Positions 63,012 through 64,000 of a stretch of 64,000 nt of DNA are shown here, piece after piece. This DNA comes from Toensbergia leucococca (lineage: Eukaryota): contig JALDZS010000044.1 of the NCBI GenBank assembly GCA_022813965.1, positions 1 to 64,000 on the forward strand. The letters run 5' to 3'. The notes under the pieces were generated by a model that saw only the letters and a list, made by a program, of their open reading frames with translations, made no database searches and was not told the DNA's origin. Position 1 is the stretch's first letter. Every line of letters begins with the position of its first letter. A program made the position numbers and the translations under genes.

Positions 63012-64000
63012 TTACATTATGCTCGAACGATCCGATGACCTTGGCCGTTTCATTTGCATAGGATCACTCCCGTACGAGGAATCCATATCCCAGCGTCTTT
63101 TCAAGCCTCCCGGATCATAAGTGCTTGCAACAGTGTCTTGCCACATGCTTGGACTAACGAATGACGGCCCGTTGCTTGTGTAAGACTGCACCGTCTGGAT
63201 CTGGGGCGGAGGTGCCATGCTTGCAGGGATTGGGTATTGCTGATTTTGCTGCATGGCATCGTGTAGAGGTGGGAGATCATGCGAGTCAAGCGACGGTGGT
63301 GTATAGAGAGGCGGTGAAGGCTGAGGCATCGGGTTCGCAGGTGCAGCTATTGGACCGGCTGGAAACGCCGTGTTCCATTGACTGTTAGACTGATTAGTGC
63401 TGTCCTCTACTTTGGACGAATGAGAGCCGTACTCAAAGAGCCGGGTTGGATTCCAGGCCGACTGATCACTCCTCATTGTAGAAGGCACCTGCTGATGTGG
63501 CCTTTGCCCTGCCGCCATCATTGTTAGGGATGCTGCTGCCATTGGGCCCTCCTTAGGGTCGTCATGTCCTGCTGAGATTGGCGGCGTCATAGGGGTAGCA
63601 TTGTAACGACCCTGAGGACCCTGATCGTACGACGAGTGCCGACTGATGCTCTGATGCCCATATTTGATGTCGATTGGTTGGCTATGTTGAATCGAAGCTG
63701 CCGGACTTCCATATGGAAAACTTGGCTTCAATTCAAACGGTCTGGTAATATCTGCGGAAAATGCCTCGCGTAAAGCATCAATCTGCGCTTGCACTTCTGG
63801 CATGGGCCAAGATGACATACAATCTTCGAGTATCCTCATGTGGCGAGTGAAGTAATCCTTCGCGTCAGTGTTGAAGTCTGGGTCGGGAGAGGTTATGGCC
63901 ACCTGAACCAGTTAGCACTGGGCGGAAAACAGTAAAATAGAATCTTACCAAATGTATCATTGTACAAGTCAGTATGGCGTATATCGTAAAATTAATCCCC
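63012..64000 (-). CDS. 3' part of a fungal-specific transcription factor (probably Zn2Cys6/MHR type); runs off the window
   Basis: INFTIYAILTCTMIHL-VAITSPDPDFNTDAKDYFTRHMRILE...IDALREAFSAD resembles the end of an MHR domain. A Pro/Gln-rich tail with GGLKRRWD follows. The DNA-binding domain is not in the window. Confidence 0.7.

Overview
Gene-dense, intron-rich housekeeping region of a filamentous ascomycete (Pezizomycotina; the lineage cannot be fixed from sequence alone). I find 28 protein-coding genes and about 80 short introns, mostly 45-65 nt. Recognisable genes: a GprM-like GPCR, RPS13, SDC1/DPY30, ChaC, a Gly-rich RRM protein, VTA1, TVP23, an MPD1-type PDI, an RCR protein, ALA1, ATG14, TOS1-like, PEX13, ATG6, an SDR, TRM82, RPP0, MEX67, ERV46, an HhH-fold protein, OSM1-like fumarate reductase, a FAS1 protein, SIN3, a DHA2 MFS transporter and a partial fungal transcription factor. 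No transposon, tRNA, rRNA or CRISPR is evident. The most interesting signals are non-coding. (1) Several unusually long introns carry sequences complementary to their own 5' splice site; MEX67 intron 1 and SIN3 intron 6 place this 'anti-donor' directly against the branch point in the shared 12-mer TACCTTGCTAAC. (2) MEX67 intron 1 is structured and stop-containing, recalling the retained intron of animal NXF1. (3) RPS13 intron 2 can fold into a three-way junction. (4) A tandem GATA/ATCAGATAA array and a G-quadruplex motif lie upstream of ATG14, which is about 4.6 kb from its partner ATG6. (5) A chain of ATGA-overlapping uORFs precedes SIN3. Exon boundaries and RNA structures were derived by eye and need computational or RNA-seq confirmation.
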